A stretch of DNA of 64,000 bases from Myxococcota bacterium. Lineage in GTDB: Bacteria > Myxococcota_A > UBA9160 > JAFDDA01. The stretch covers positions 3,104,001 through 3,168,000 of the forward strand of contig OZ245817.1 of NCBI GenBank assembly GCA_965228475.1. Direction: 5' to 3'. Of this stretch, positions 28,156 through 38,072 are shown one piece after another. Made by a program: the position numbers and the translations under genes. The notes under the pieces are model-generated. The model ran no database searches and was not told where the DNA came from. It saw nothing but the letters and a program-made list of their open reading frames with translations. Within the stretch, counting starts at the first letter, position 1, and every line of letters starts with the position of its first letter.

Positions 28156-29334
28156 CTACTTGAGCTCGGTGCGGTCGTAGCCGAGGATCGTCCGGGCGAT
28201 GATCAGATTCTGGATCTGGCCCGTCCCCTCGTAGATGTCCGTGATCCGCACGTCGCGGAACCACTTCTCGAGCAGGTGCTCGCGGCTCACCCCGAGCGGC
28301 CCGAGGATCTCGATGCAGCCCTGGGTCACCTCGCGCACCGCCGAGCCGCCCTTCGCCTTCGAGATCGACGCCTCGAGGTTGTTGGGCTTGCTCTCGCCCG
28401 AGAGCCACGCCGCGTTCAGCACCGTCAGCATGGCGGCCTCGTACTTGCCCTCGAGCTCGTGGAACTTCTGCACCACCGCCGGCTGGCTCTGGAGATTGCC
28501 GCCGTAGGCGATGTCGAAGCCGGCTTCCGCGAGCTGCTCCCGCGTGAAGTCGAGCGCCGCCTCGGCGATGCCGAGCCCGATCGCCGCCACCGCCGGCCGC
28601 GTCATGTTGAAGGTCTTCATGACGCCCCGGAAGCCGCCGGAGCTCGCCTTCGGGATCTCTTCCTTCCCGCCGAGGAGGTTCCCGCGCGGGATGCGGCAGT
28701 CGTTGAAGACCATCGCGGCCGTGTCGTCGGCGCGGATCCCGAGCTTCTTCTCCTTGTGGGTGGTTTCGAAGCCGGGCGAGCCCTTCTCGATCAGGAAGCT
28801 CTTGATGCCCGCGCGGCCCGCCGAGCGGTCGAGCGTCGCCCAGACGACGACGCCGTCGCAGCGGCAGCCCGTGGTCACGAAGATCTTCTCGCCGTTGATG
28901 ACCCACTCGTCGGTGGCTTCATCGAGCACCGCGGTGGTCTGCACCTGCGACGGGTCCGAGCCGCAGCCGGGCTCGGTGATCGCCATGGCGAGCGTCTTCC
29001 CGCTCCACTTCTCGACCTGCTCGGGCGTGCCCGCCGCGCGCAGGGCCGCGTTGCCGAGGCCACCGCTCCCGCGCTTCATGCGCACGGTGTAGTCGCCCCA
29101 GCACTGACCGGCCGAGATCAGCATGGTCATGACGGGCATGGCCGTGTCGTTCTCGTCGCGGCCCATGAAGAGCTCCCCCATGTTGGGGAAGTCCTTGGCT
29201 TCGGGCAGCTCGTCGGGTGCGAACTCGTCCTCGTTCTCGTCGTAGTACCGCGCGTAGTTGCGGCAGACGAGCGCTTCGGCGCGCACGTGGTCGAGGATCT
29301 TCTGGTCGTTCTCGGTCAGGACGAAGTCGATCAT
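28156..29334 (-). CDS. Acyl-CoA dehydrogenase (FadE23-like subunit)
   Basis: 'AMAITEPGCGSD', 'NGEKIFVT', 'KLGIRADDT' and catalytic 'DIYEGTGQIQ'. Confidence 0.93.
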   Translation of the reverse strand: MIDFVLTENDQKILDHVRAEALVCRNYARYYDENEDEFAPDELPEAKDFPNMGELFMGRDENDTAMPVMTMLISAGQCWGDYTVRMKRGSGGLGNAALRAAGTPEQVEKWSGKTLAMAITEPGCGSDPSQVQTTAVLDEATDEWVINGEKIFVTTGCRCDGVVVWATLDRSAGRAGIKSFLIEKGSPGFETTHKEKKLGIRADDTAAMVFNDCRIPRGNLLGGKEEIPKASSGGFRGVMKTFNMTRPAVAAIGLGIAEAALDFTREQLAEAGFDIAYGGNLQSQPAVVQKFHELEGKYEAAMLTVLNAAWLSGESKPNNLEASISKAKGGSAVREVTQGCIEILGPLGVSREHLLEKWFRDVRITDIYEGTGQIQNLIIARTILGYDRTELK

Positions 29335-29343
29335 GTCGCCCTC

Positions 29344-30453
29344 CTAGCAGCTCACCGCACCCTCGAGAACGCCGAGGGTACGAACGTTGCGGTACCACAT
29401 CTCCACGGGGTGCTCGCGGATGAATCCGTGTCCACCGAGCACCTGGAGGCCGTTGTCTCCGATCTTCATCGCTTCCCGCGCGCAGTAGACCCGCGCGAGG
29501 TGGGCGCTGCGCGTCGCATCGAGCCCGCGCTCGAGCTGCGACGCCGCCTTCCACACGAGCCAGCGCATGGAGTCGACCTCGATCGTCATGTCCGAGAGCA
29601 TGAACGCGATGGCCTGCTTCTTGGCGATGGCCTCGCCGAAGGCCTCGCGGTCCTTGGCGTAGGGGATCGCGTACTCCATGACGGCGCGCGAGAGGCCCAC
29701 CATCACGGCGCCGAGGGCGACCCGCGAAGCGTTGACGATTCGCGCGGCATCGATGCCCTGGTCGCCGCCCAGCCGATCCGCCGCCGAGACCTCGACGCGG
29801 TCGAGGGTCAGCGTCGACGTCGGAAGCGCACGCAGACCGAGGTTCTTCTCGTTCTCGGTGATCGTGAGCCCCTCGGCCCCGCGCTCGACGATGAAGGCCT
29901 CGATGCCGGCGAAGCCGTCCTGGGCCGTGTTGCGCGCGAGCACCAGGAAGTGGCTCGCCCGGTCGCCGAGCGGCACGAAGCTCTTCTCACCCGAAAGGAT
30001 GAAGCCGTCCCCCTTGGGCTCGGCCTTCGTGCGCAGGTTCAGCACGTCGAAGACCGGCGAAGGCTCGACGAGCGCCAGCGAGGCCGCGTGGAACTTCTCC
30101 CCGGTGAACAACGGCAGGTACTTCGCCTTCTGCTCCTCGGTGCCGTGGTCGAGAACGGCGTTCGCGAACAGGGAGGGCGCCACCGCGGCCATCCCGAGGG
30201 CGGCGTCGCCGTGGGCGAGCTCCTCGAGCACGATGGCGTTCGTGATGGGCGAGCGCTCTTCGCCGCCCCCGCCGAACGCTTCCGGGATCTGGGTCGACGT
30301 CAAGCCGAGCTCCCAGACCTGCTGGAGCAGGTCGTCGGGCACCTGGCTCGACTCATCGCACTCGCGAGCGACGGTGCGGAGTGCGTCCTTGGCGAACTCG
30401 CGCATCGCCTCGCGGACGACTTCCTGCTCTTCCGTCAGTCCAAACGAGATCAT
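29344..30453 (-). CDS. Acyl-CoA dehydrogenase (FadE24-like subunit)
   Basis: 'EELAHGD', 'GEKSFVP', 'REAFGEAIA' and 'LGGHGFIREHPVEMWYR'; short C-terminus. Confidence 0.92.
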   Translation of the reverse strand: MISFGLTEEQEVVREAMREFAKDALRTVARECDESSQVPDDLLQQVWELGLTSTQIPEAFGGGGEERSPITNAIVLEELAHGDAALGMAAVAPSLFANAVLDHGTEEQKAKYLPLFTGEKFHAASLALVEPSPVFDVLNLRTKAEPKGDGFILSGEKSFVPLGDRASHFLVLARNTAQDGFAGIEAFIVERGAEGLTITENEKNLGLRALPTSTLTLDRVEVSAADRLGGDQGIDAARIVNASRVALGAVMVGLSRAVMEYAIPYAKDREAFGEAIAKKQAIAFMLSDMTIEVDSMRWLVWKAASQLERGLDATRSAHLARVYCAREAMKIGDNGLQVLGGHGFIREHPVEMWYRNVRTLGVLEGAVSC

Positions 30454-31193
30454 TCCGGGCTCCTTTCTTCCCGCTCCTCTCGGTCGTTCCGGGGGGAGAG
30501 TCGGGAGATCTGGTGGAAGTAGAAGTCCATGGCCTCGGGGCCACCGTCCTTCTTGAGATCGCCGCGGCGAGCGGACTCGCGCGCGTCGAAGCGGCCGAGG
30601 GCGACGCCGCACCAGACGCGGGCGTCGGCCGTGTAGCGGACGTCGGCGCGCTCGGCGAAACCGCGCTCGACGGTGCAGGCGCCGTCCTTCACGTGCACGC
30701 TCCAGACGCCGCCGCCCTCGCCTTCGAGGCGGATCTCGAAGGTGATGTCGACGCCGCGCGCGCGGTCTTCGCGCACGATGAAGGGCAACACCTCGAGAAT
30801 CGACTGCGGCACCGTCGCCGTGAACTTGCGCGTGTCGATCTCGAGATCGCGAACGGCGTGGGCGACGTACCAGTGGGCGATCGCGGCGATCACCGGCTCG
30901 AGCCCGCGCCCGCGCTCGGTGACCGCGTAGACCGAACGCGAGCCGTCGGGGACGGTCTCGACGTAGCCCGCCGCGACCATCTCGCGCAGCCGCGCCGAGA
31001 GCACGCGCGGGGCGATGCCGGTTCGCTTGCGGAGGTCCTGGAATCCGATCGGGCCGGTCAGGAGGTGACGCACCAGGACCAGCGTCCATTTGTCGCCGAT
31101 CCGGTCGAGGGCCCGTGCGACGGGGTCGTAGATCTCGCCGGGGCGCGGGATCGCGCCGGCCGAGCTCGTCGTGGTGGGGGCCACCTCGGGCAT
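30450..31193 (-). CDS. HxlR/DUF24 winged-helix regulator with C-terminal SCP2 domain
   Basis: 'PVARALDRIGDKWTLVLVR' and 'YAVTERG', plus an SCP2-like C-terminus 'GGGVWSVHVKDGAC...ARRGDLKKDG'. ATGA overlap with the dehydrogenase. Confidence 0.88.
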   Translation of the reverse strand: MPEVAPTTTSSAGAIPRPGEIYDPVARALDRIGDKWTLVLVRHLLTGPIGFQDLRKRTGIAPRVLSARLREMVAAGYVETVPDGSRSVYAVTERGRGLEPVIAAIAHWYVAHAVRDLEIDTRKFTATVPQSILEVLPFIVREDRARGVDITFEIRLEGEGGGVWSVHVKDGACTVERGFAERADVRYTADARVWCGVALGRFDARESARRGDLKKDGGPEAMDFYFHQISRLSPRNDREEREERSPE

Positions 31194-31199
31194 GGCGAG

Positions 31200-31234
31200 A
31201 AGTATCCTATTGATACTTGCATGTTGTCAATAGG
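31200..31234 (-). promoter_or_regulatory. Promoter and probable autoregulatory operator of the HxlR-SCP2 operon
   Basis: Perfect palindrome AAGTATC-CTATT-GATACTT (31200-31218). Minus strand reads TTGACA-N18-GATACT-N7-ATG. Confidence 0.7.
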
Positions 31235-31335
31235 GGAATCCCCGAGGTCGCCCGCAGGATAGATCGCGAGGCCCGGTCGCAACCTATTGGATTCGTTGAC
31301 GCTTTACCCCCGGCGGGACTGCGGTAGGCTTTCGG

Positions 31336-31736
31336 GCGGAGGTGGCCGGAGGATCGCCGGCAGCTTCGGCTGCGGGAGGAAAGTCCGGGCTCCATAGAGC
31401 AGGGAGGTCGCTAACGGCGACCCGGGGCGACCCGAGGGAAAGCGCAACAGAAAGCACACCGCCGATGGCCGGCTTCGGCCGGCACAGGCAAGGGTGAAAT
31501 CGTGGGGTAAGAGCCCACGCGCGACGGCCGGGTGACCGGCGGCGCGGCAAGCCCCTCCTGGAGCAAGCTCGAATAGGGATGTCGTATTGGGTGGCTCGCC
31601 CAAGGCCTTCGGGCCCGGCATCCGGGTTGAGTGCTCGAGCGGCGCGGCAACGCGCCGCCTAGAGGAATGGTCCTCGCCCGCATCCGCTCGGAAACGAGCG
31701 GCGCGGGAACAGAACCCGGCTTACAGGCCACTCCGC
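31336..31736 (+). ncRNA. rnpB: RNase P RNA, bacterial type A
   Basis: GAGGAAAGTCCGGGCTCC, GAAAGCGCAACAGAAA, GGGTAAGAGCCCAC and ACAGAACCCGGCTTA; terminal helix GCGGAG-GTGGCC/GGCCAC-TCCGC. Confidence 0.98.
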
Positions 31737-31880
31737 AGCTTCCCGTGCCTACGGCACGAGTGCTGCGGACCCCGAGGAAGAAGCGCAAGCCACGCCTCGG
31801 GCGCTCCGAGAGTCCGCACGCCGCCCTCGCCGCGAAAGCGTCGGGGGCGGCTCCACGTTCGGGATCCGGCGCGCCGGCCG

Positions 31881-32930
31881 TCAGCGAAGTTCGTGGGCGA
31901 GGCAGATCAGGCGCGCGCGGCGCTCGGCGTCGTAGCCCTGCCACTTCTCGGCCGGAAGCGCCTCCAGCGCGACACGCGAGAACCCGCAGCGTTCGAAGAA
32001 ACTGGCTACGCGGGAGGAGGTCGTGCAGGCGAAGACGCGCCCGAGCCCCTGGCGCGCGGCCTGCTCGAGGGCGTACTCGACGATGTGGGCGCCGACGCCC
32101 TCTCCGAGGAAACGGGTCAGCGTATAGAGGGAGGCGATCTCTCCGGACTTTCCGTCGGCGTAGGGCAGGAGCGCGCCGATCCCGGCCAGGTGGCTCGCGT
32201 CGACGAAGGCGCCGAACCCCGAGGCGAGGATCCCGTCGAGCTGGGCGGCGGAGCGCGGCGCGAGGTAACCCTCCTCGACGCCGCGCGCGATGAGATCCGC
32301 CGCGGCGTCGAAGTCGTCGATGCCGAGGCGCCGCACCGCCACGTAGCGCTCGGGCGTGAAGAGCGTGCCCGAGCCCGAGTAGGTGAAGAGCTCGTCGGCG
32401 AGCCCCTCGACCGTGCAGAGGTTCACCGCCGGGAAGTGCGCGGCCAGGAGCCGCTCGATCTCCGCGAGCAGCCCGGTGCGCGGGTCGGCAACCCCCTCCC
32501 GGAGCTCGGCCAGATCGACGAAGGAGACGCGCTCGCCGTCCGGGCGAACGAAGCCCCCGACCCGGTCGAGGTAGACGAGCTTCGTCAGGCCGAGCGCGAG
32601 CGCGGCGTCCGCGGCGCGGGTCGAGCCCTCGGGGCGGGTCGCGACCGCGGCCCGGGGCTCCTTCGCGAGCCGCCGCCAGACCCGGCCCGGCAGGCCCGGC
32701 GCATCGGCTTCGAGCGGCGGCGCGCCCGTGAGCTTCTCGAGGGCCGCCCGATCTTCCGAGAGCAGGACCACCGGAGTCCGGTTCGCCGCGAGCTCGGCGA
32801 GCACCGCTTCCAGCGGCTCCGTCTCGCCGAGCACCTCCCCGGGCAGCGCGAAGGCGAGCGTCCGCCCGCGGAACTCCTGGAGGTAGAAGTCCTTCTCCGA
32901 AAAATTGGCGGGCAGGGCTCGGCGCGGCAT
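31881..32930 (-). CDS. ArgA-like N-acetylglutamate synthase (reduced AAK domain plus GNAT)
   Basis: 'FRGRTLAFAL', 'KLVYL', linker 'ELFTYSGSGTLF', GNAT 'GEIASLYT...GEGVG' and 'FFERCGF'. Start uncertain. Confidence 0.7.
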   Translation of the reverse strand: MPRRALPANFSEKDFYLQEFRGRTLAFALPGEVLGETEPLEAVLAELAANRTPVVLLSEDRAALEKLTGAPPLEADAPGLPGRVWRRLAKEPRAAVATRPEGSTRAADAALALGLTKLVYLDRVGGFVRPDGERVSFVDLAELREGVADPRTGLLAEIERLLAAHFPAVNLCTVEGLADELFTYSGSGTLFTPERYVAVRRLGIDDFDAAADLIARGVEEGYLAPRSAAQLDGILASGFGAFVDASHLAGIGALLPYADGKSGEIASLYTLTRFLGEGVGAHIVEYALEQAARQGLGRVFACTTSSRVASFFERCGFSRVALEALPAEKWQGYDAERRARLICLAHELR

Positions 32931-33049
32931 AGCCACTGAGTTTCGCCGATTTCCCACGGCTCGCCCGCCCCGGCCCCCGCGCCGCGCCCGGGCGCCGCGC
33001 CGGCCATCATGATGGCGGCCATGCACGGCCAGCCGTTATCGTGCGCGCC

Positions 33050-34828
33050 GTGGAATCGCTCGATTGGCAGGGCTGGCTCACCCTGGGCGTGATCGTCCTG
33101 GTGCTCGCCGCCATGGTCCGCGGCATCGGCGCCCCGGATCTCGTCCTCATGGGGGGCCTCTTCCTGTTGGCACTCTGCGGGGTCCTGACGCCCGAGGAGA
33201 CGTTCAGCGGCTTCGCGAACCCGGCGATGGCCACGGTCGGGGCGCTCTTCATCCTCTCTGCCGCCATGCGGGAGACCGGCGCCCTCGAGCTCACGCTGGG
33301 CAGGCTCTTCGGCCGCGCCCGCGACGAGCGGGGAGCCCTGATCCGCACCCTCCCTCCCCTCGCCTTCCTCTCCGCCTTCCTGAACAACGCGCCGATCGTG
33401 GCCATGATGACGCCGCTGGCCGTGGACTGGGGCCGCCGCCGCGGCGTCCCGGCCAGCCGCCTGCTGATCCCGCTCTCCTACTCGACCATCCTCGGCAGCA
33501 TCGTCACGATCATCGGGACGAGCGTGATCCTGATGGTCTCGGGGCTCGTGACGGATGCCGGCATGCCGGCCCTCGGCTTCTTCGAGCTGGCGCCGATCGG
33601 ACTCCCCCTGTGCGCCGTGGGCCTCGTCTACCTGATCTTCGTCGCGCCGAACCTGCTGCCCACGCGCTCGGACCCCGCGACCCAGGTCGGCGAGCGCCGG
33701 CGCGAGTACACGGTCACGATGATCGTCGAAGACCACTGCCCGCTCGTCGGCCAGAGCATCGAGGACGCCGGCCTCCGCTCGCTGCCCGGCCTCTTCCTCT
33801 TCGAGATCGAGCGCGCCGACCACCGCGTGAGCCCCGTCGGCCCGGACGACGTGATCGAATCCGGCGACCGGCTGGTCTTCGCGGGCGTCGTCTCGACGAT
33901 CGTCGATCTCCAGCGCATCCGCGGCCTCGTCCCCGCCGCCGAAGACGATGCGCCCGCGCCCGCCACCCACGACGACGGCTGGATCGAGGCGGTGGTCTCG
34001 CGCTCGTCGCCGCTGATCGGCCAGAGCATTCGCGATGCCAACTTCCGCAGCACCTACGACGCAGCGGTCATCGCCGTCCACCGGAACGGCGAGCGCATCC
34101 CGGGCCGCATCGGTGACATCGTGCTGCGCGCGGGCGACACCCTGGTCTTCCGCGCCGCGCCGCGCTTCCTCGAGACCCACCGCCACAGCCCGGACTTCTA
34201 CCTCGTGAGCGAGGTCCCCGAATCCCGCACCCCCCGCCACGACCGCGCCTGGTTCGCGATCTCGATCTTCGTGCTGATGGTCGTGTTGGCCGCGACGGGC
34301 GTCCTCCCCATCGCGATCGGCTCCTTCGTCGCCGGCGGCATCCTGATCGCCACGCGCTGCATCTCGGGCAACCTCGCTCGCCAGAGCATCCAGATGCACG
34401 TGCTGGTGGTGATCGCCGCCGGCCTCGGCATCGCGCGCGCGATGGAGAAAACGGGCGCGGCCGGGCTCCTCGCGAGCTACGTCGTCGACGCCGCCCTGCT
34501 ACTCGGCCCCCTCGCGATCCTCGCCACGGTCTACCTGGTGACGATGGCGCTCTCGGAGCTCCTCCACCACGCCGCCTCGGCGGCCTTGATGTTCCCGGTG
34601 GCGATCGCGGCGGCCGAGCGCGCGGACCTCGACCCGCGCGCCTTCGTGGTGACCGTGGCGATCGCCGCGAGCTGCGCCTTCGCCTCACCGATCACCTACC
34701 AGACGCACCTGCTGGTCTACGGGCCGGGCGGCTACCGCTTCACGGACTTCGTGCGCGTCGGCCTGCCGCTCGACTTCCTCTGCGCGGCCGTCGCCCTCGT
34801 CCTCATTCCGATGATCTGGCCTCTCTGA
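33050..34828 (+). CDS. SLC13/CitMHS-family permease with two TrkA-C domains
   Basis: 'SAFLNNAPIVA', 'LLIPLSY', 'IIGTS', TrkA-C repeats and 'VYGPGGYRFTDF'. Confidence 0.92.
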   Translation: MESLDWQGWLTLGVIVLVLAAMVRGIGAPDLVLMGGLFLLALCGVLTPEETFSGFANPAMATVGALFILSAAMRETGALELTLGRLFGRARDERGALIRTLPPLAFLSAFLNNAPIVAMMTPLAVDWGRRRGVPASRLLIPLSYSTILGSIVTIIGTSVILMVSGLVTDAGMPALGFFELAPIGLPLCAVGLVYLIFVAPNLLPTRSDPATQVGERRREYTVTMIVEDHCPLVGQSIEDAGLRSLPGLFLFEIERADHRVSPVGPDDVIESGDRLVFAGVVSTIVDLQRIRGLVPAAEDDAPAPATHDDGWIEAVVSRSSPLIGQSIRDANFRSTYDAAVIAVHRNGERIPGRIGDIVLRAGDTLVFRAAPRFLETHRHSPDFYLVSEVPESRTPRHDRAWFAISIFVLMVVLAATGVLPIAIGSFVAGGILIATRCISGNLARQSIQMHVLVVIAAGLGIARAMEKTGAAGLLASYVVDAALLLGPLAILATVYLVTMALSELLHHAASAALMFPVAIAAAERADLDPRAFVVTVAIAASCAFASPITYQTHLLVYGPGGYRFTDFVRVGLPLDFLCAAVALVLIPMIWPL

Positions 34829-37800
34829 GGCCCGTCGCCGCCCGGGCCGCGGCGGCCGGGGGCAGCGCGGCATCGCTGCGCTCGGCGCGCGAGAGCCGCT
34901 CCCGGAATCGGCCGAAGCCGCCCTGGACGTCGTCGAGGATCAGGTAGAGGACGGGCACCACGAAGAGCGTCAACCCGCTCGCCGCCGCGAGACCGAACAC
35001 GATCGCGGTGGCGAAGGGGCCGAACACCGGCGAGTAGCCCGTGAGCCCCATGGCCATGGGCAGCAGGCCCGCCACGGTGGTCACCGTCGTCAGCAGGATC
35101 GGACGGAAGCGCTTCGAGCTCGCGATGTGGACCGCCTCGCGGGCCTCGGTCCCCCGCGACCGCTCCTGGTTGACGAAGTCGATCAGCACGAGCGAGTCGT
35201 TCACCACGATGCCCGCCAGGCCCACCAGGGCGTAGAAGACGTACATCGAGATCGGGTAGTGCCCGACGAAGGTGTTCATCGCCCACATGCCGACCGTCAC
35301 GCCGATGAAGGAGAAGGTGATGACGCTCATCACGATGAACGGTTGGAAGTACGAGCGGAACTGGGCCGCGAGGATGGCGTAGATCGCCAGCACGGCGATC
35401 AGGAGGGCAGCGCCGAGGTCCGCCATCGCCTGGTCCGTCGCCTGGAACTCGCCGCCGAAGACCACGTTGGTGCCCGGGAAACGTTCCGGGATGTCGGCGA
35501 AGGCGGCGGCCATGGCTTCGTTCGCCGAGGTGGAGGTGGCCTGGACGCCGTCGACGTTCGCGTAGACGACCACCGCCCGGCGGGCGCCGAAGTGGTAGAG
35601 CCGCTGGAAGCCGCGCTCGAGGTCGATCGAGGCGACGTCGCCGAGCTTCACGCGGTAGCCGGCGGGCGTGCGGATCTCGACGTCGAGGAGATCCGCGACC
35701 GAGGCGCGCTGCTCCTCGTCGAGCAGGACGCGGATGTCGACGTCCTCGTCCGAGGTCGGATCCTTGAAGGTCGAGGGCACGACGCCCTCGTTCGCGGCCA
35801 TGAGCGCGAAGCCGACGTCGTCGAAGGTGAGTCCGTGCAGCGAGGCGCGGTGCTCGTCGAGCTTCACGCGCAGCTCGCGCGGGCCGAGCGGCGTGTTGTC
35901 CGAGATGCTGTGGACGCCGGCCAGCGTCCGGAGTTCGGCCTTCATCTCCGCGGCGATCTGCTTCCCGACCGAGTAGTCGTCGCTCTGGATGCGGATCGCG
36001 ACGGGCTTGCCGATCGGCGGGCCGTTGCGCGGCAGCATCACGCGCAGCGTCTCGAGCCCTTCCCGGTGGGCCGGCCAGTACTCCCCTTCGAGGCGCTCAC
36101 GGACCAGCCGGAAGACCCGATCCGGGTCCGCGATGTTCTCGCGCGTGTTCGGGAACTCGAGGAAGAGGATGCCGTAGTTCGGCCCGGTCATCGGGACCTC
36201 GTCGGCGTCCATGCTGAAGCCCGTGTAGCTGAGGACGTCGGTCAGCTCGTGCCGGACCGGCTCGAGGGCCTGCTCGACGCCCTGCACGATCTCTTCCGTC
36301 TGGTCGATGCCGTAGTCCCGCGGCGCTTCGATGGCCACCATGAACTGGTTGAAGTCGCTCGGAAAGAGATCGACCGGGACGTGCTGCCAGAGTCCGAGCG
36401 CGAAGACGAACGCGCCGATGCTCGCTCCGAGGAAGGCGTAGCGGTGCTCGAGCGCCGCGGACTGCGCGCGCAGGTATCGGCTCCGGGCTCCGGCGATCGC
36501 GCTGTCGACGGCGAAGCGCACGCGGTAGCTCGCCCGCTGCCAGCCGGGCTTGTCGCCCTCTTCCTCGACCGAGGCGCGGGCGCTCCGCCGGCTTCCCCAA
36601 TCGACGTAGTGCGCCGGCAGGATCACCAGCGCCTCGAGCAGCGAGCCGAGCAGGCAGACGATCACGGCCTTCGGCAGGATCGACATGAACTCGCCGCTCG
36701 TGCCGGTGATCGTGAGCATCGGCAGGAACGCCGCGATCGTGGTGCAGATGGCCGCGGTGACCGGCCACATCACCTCCTCGGTGCCGTTCACGACGGCCTG
36801 CTCGAAGGGCTCTCCGGACTCGACGCGTCTGTAGATGTTCTCGAGGATGATGATCGCGTCGTCGACGATCATGCCCGAGACCATGATGAAACCGATCAGC
36901 GACAGGCTGTTGATGGTGATGTCGAAGACGGGGAAGAGCGCGAGAGCCACGAGGAACGAGAACGGCACGCCGATGATCGCGAGCAGCGCGTTCCGGAAAC
37001 CGACCGAGAGCCACAGGATGAAGACCACGAGCACGACGCCGAGCACGAGGTTCGAGCGCATGATCTCCATGCGCGAGTCGACGTACTCGGAGGAGTCCCA
37101 GGACACCGCGAGCTCGATGCCGGGCGGCAACTGGCTCTGGGCCTCGGCGACGAGCGTCTCCACCCGCTCGACGAGTTCGATCACGTCGTAGTCGGCGTCT
37201 TTCGAGATGCCGAGCACCATCGCGGGGTCGCCGTTGTGGCGCCCTGCGAGCCTCCGCTTCGCGAAGCCCGGCTCGACGCTCGCCACGTCGGAGAGCCGCA
37301 CGTGGTTTCCCGCCGGATCCTTGCGGACCACCGTGTTCGCGAGCTCCTCCGCCGAGAGGAAGTTGCCGAGGCCGCGGACCGTGATCTCCTGGTCGCCCGC
37401 GTCGGTGAAGGATCCGCCCGCGAAGTTCTGATTGTTGCTGCCGATCACGCGCGAGAGCTCGCGCAGGGTGAGGTCGTATTGCAGAAGCCGATGCTTGTCG
37501 ACGAGCACCCGCAGCTCGCGGTCGCGGTCCCCGCGCAGCTGGGCCTTGCGCAGGCCGGGGATGCGCTCGAGACGTTTCTTGAGGTCGCGCGACACTTCGC
37601 GGACGGCGTGCTCGCCGACGCCGCCCTTGTCGACCACCGCGACCATGCAGATGTTGTAGACCTCGGAGACCGAGAGCTCGGTGAGGATCGGCGCTTCGGC
37701 GTCTTCGGGCAGGTCGTCCACGCGGTCGATGGCCGCGCGCAGGTCGTTCAGCGCTGCCTCGTAGTCGATCTCGGAGAGGGTCTCGTCCCACTCGACGTTG

Positions 37801-38072
37801 ATCTCCGAGAATCCCTGGCTCGAGAAGCTGAACATCTCCTTCATGCCGGAGATGCCGTCGATCTCCTCCTCGAGCTTGGTCGTGACGAGGCGCTCCACCT
37901 CGTCCGGCGAAGCGCCGGTCCAGACCGTGGTGACGACGGCCGTGTTGAAAGAGATGTCCGGGAAGACGTCGACCGGGATGCGCTTCGCCGTCATGGCGCC
38001 GACGAGCATCAACACCACGAAGAGCAGGTTGACCAGGACGACCTGGCGGACGGAGAACGCGGGAAGGCTCAT
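34803..38072 (-). CDS. RND efflux transporter permease subunit
   Basis: About 1090 aa with 'GMIVDDAIIILENI', 'GIVVNDSLVL' and 'RFRPILLTT'. Confidence 0.95.
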   Translation of the reverse strand: MSLPAFSVRQVVLVNLLFVVLMLVGAMTAKRIPVDVFPDISFNTAVVTTVWTGASPDEVERLVTTKLEEEIDGISGMKEMFSFSSQGFSEINVEWDETLSEIDYEAALNDLRAAIDRVDDLPEDAEAPILTELSVSEVYNICMVAVVDKGGVGEHAVREVSRDLKKRLERIPGLRKAQLRGDRDRELRVLVDKHRLLQYDLTLRELSRVIGSNNQNFAGGSFTDAGDQEITVRGLGNFLSAEELANTVVRKDPAGNHVRLSDVASVEPGFAKRRLAGRHNGDPAMVLGISKDADYDVIELVERVETLVAEAQSQLPPGIELAVSWDSSEYVDSRMEIMRSNLVLGVVLVVFILWLSVGFRNALLAIIGVPFSFLVALALFPVFDITINSLSLIGFIMVSGMIVDDAIIILENIYRRVESGEPFEQAVVNGTEEVMWPVTAAICTTIAAFLPMLTITGTSGEFMSILPKAVIVCLLGSLLEALVILPAHYVDWGSRRSARASVEEEGDKPGWQRASYRVRFAVDSAIAGARSRYLRAQSAALEHRYAFLGASIGAFVFALGLWQHVPVDLFPSDFNQFMVAIEAPRDYGIDQTEEIVQGVEQALEPVRHELTDVLSYTGFSMDADEVPMTGPNYGILFLEFPNTRENIADPDRVFRLVRERLEGEYWPAHREGLETLRVMLPRNGPPIGKPVAIRIQSDDYSVGKQIAAEMKAELRTLAGVHSISDNTPLGPRELRVKLDEHRASLHGLTFDDVGFALMAANEGVVPSTFKDPTSDEDVDIRVLLDEEQRASVADLLDVEIRTPAGYRVKLGDVASIDLERGFQRLYHFGARRAVVVYANVDGVQATSTSANEAMAAAFADIPERFPGTNVVFGGEFQATDQAMADLGAALLIAVLAIYAILAAQFRSYFQPFIVMSVITFSFIGVTVGMWAMNTFVGHYPISMYVFYALVGLAGIVVNDSLVLIDFVNQERSRGTEAREAVHIASSKRFRPILLTTVTTVAGLLPMAMGLTGYSPVFGPFATAIVFGLAAASGLTLFVVPVLYLILDDVQGGFGRFRERLSRAERSDAALPPAAAARAATGLREARSSE

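Noticed and set aside
31741..31880. Hairpin-rich spacer downstream of rnpB as a second ncRNA or tRNA
   Set aside because: There is no cloverleaf, T-loop or recognisable family. Short GC hairpins are expected by chance and may only serve termination between convergent units.
31207..31944. Short ORFs overlapping 31.2-31.9 kb
   Set aside because: The region is explained by RNase P RNA and its flanks.
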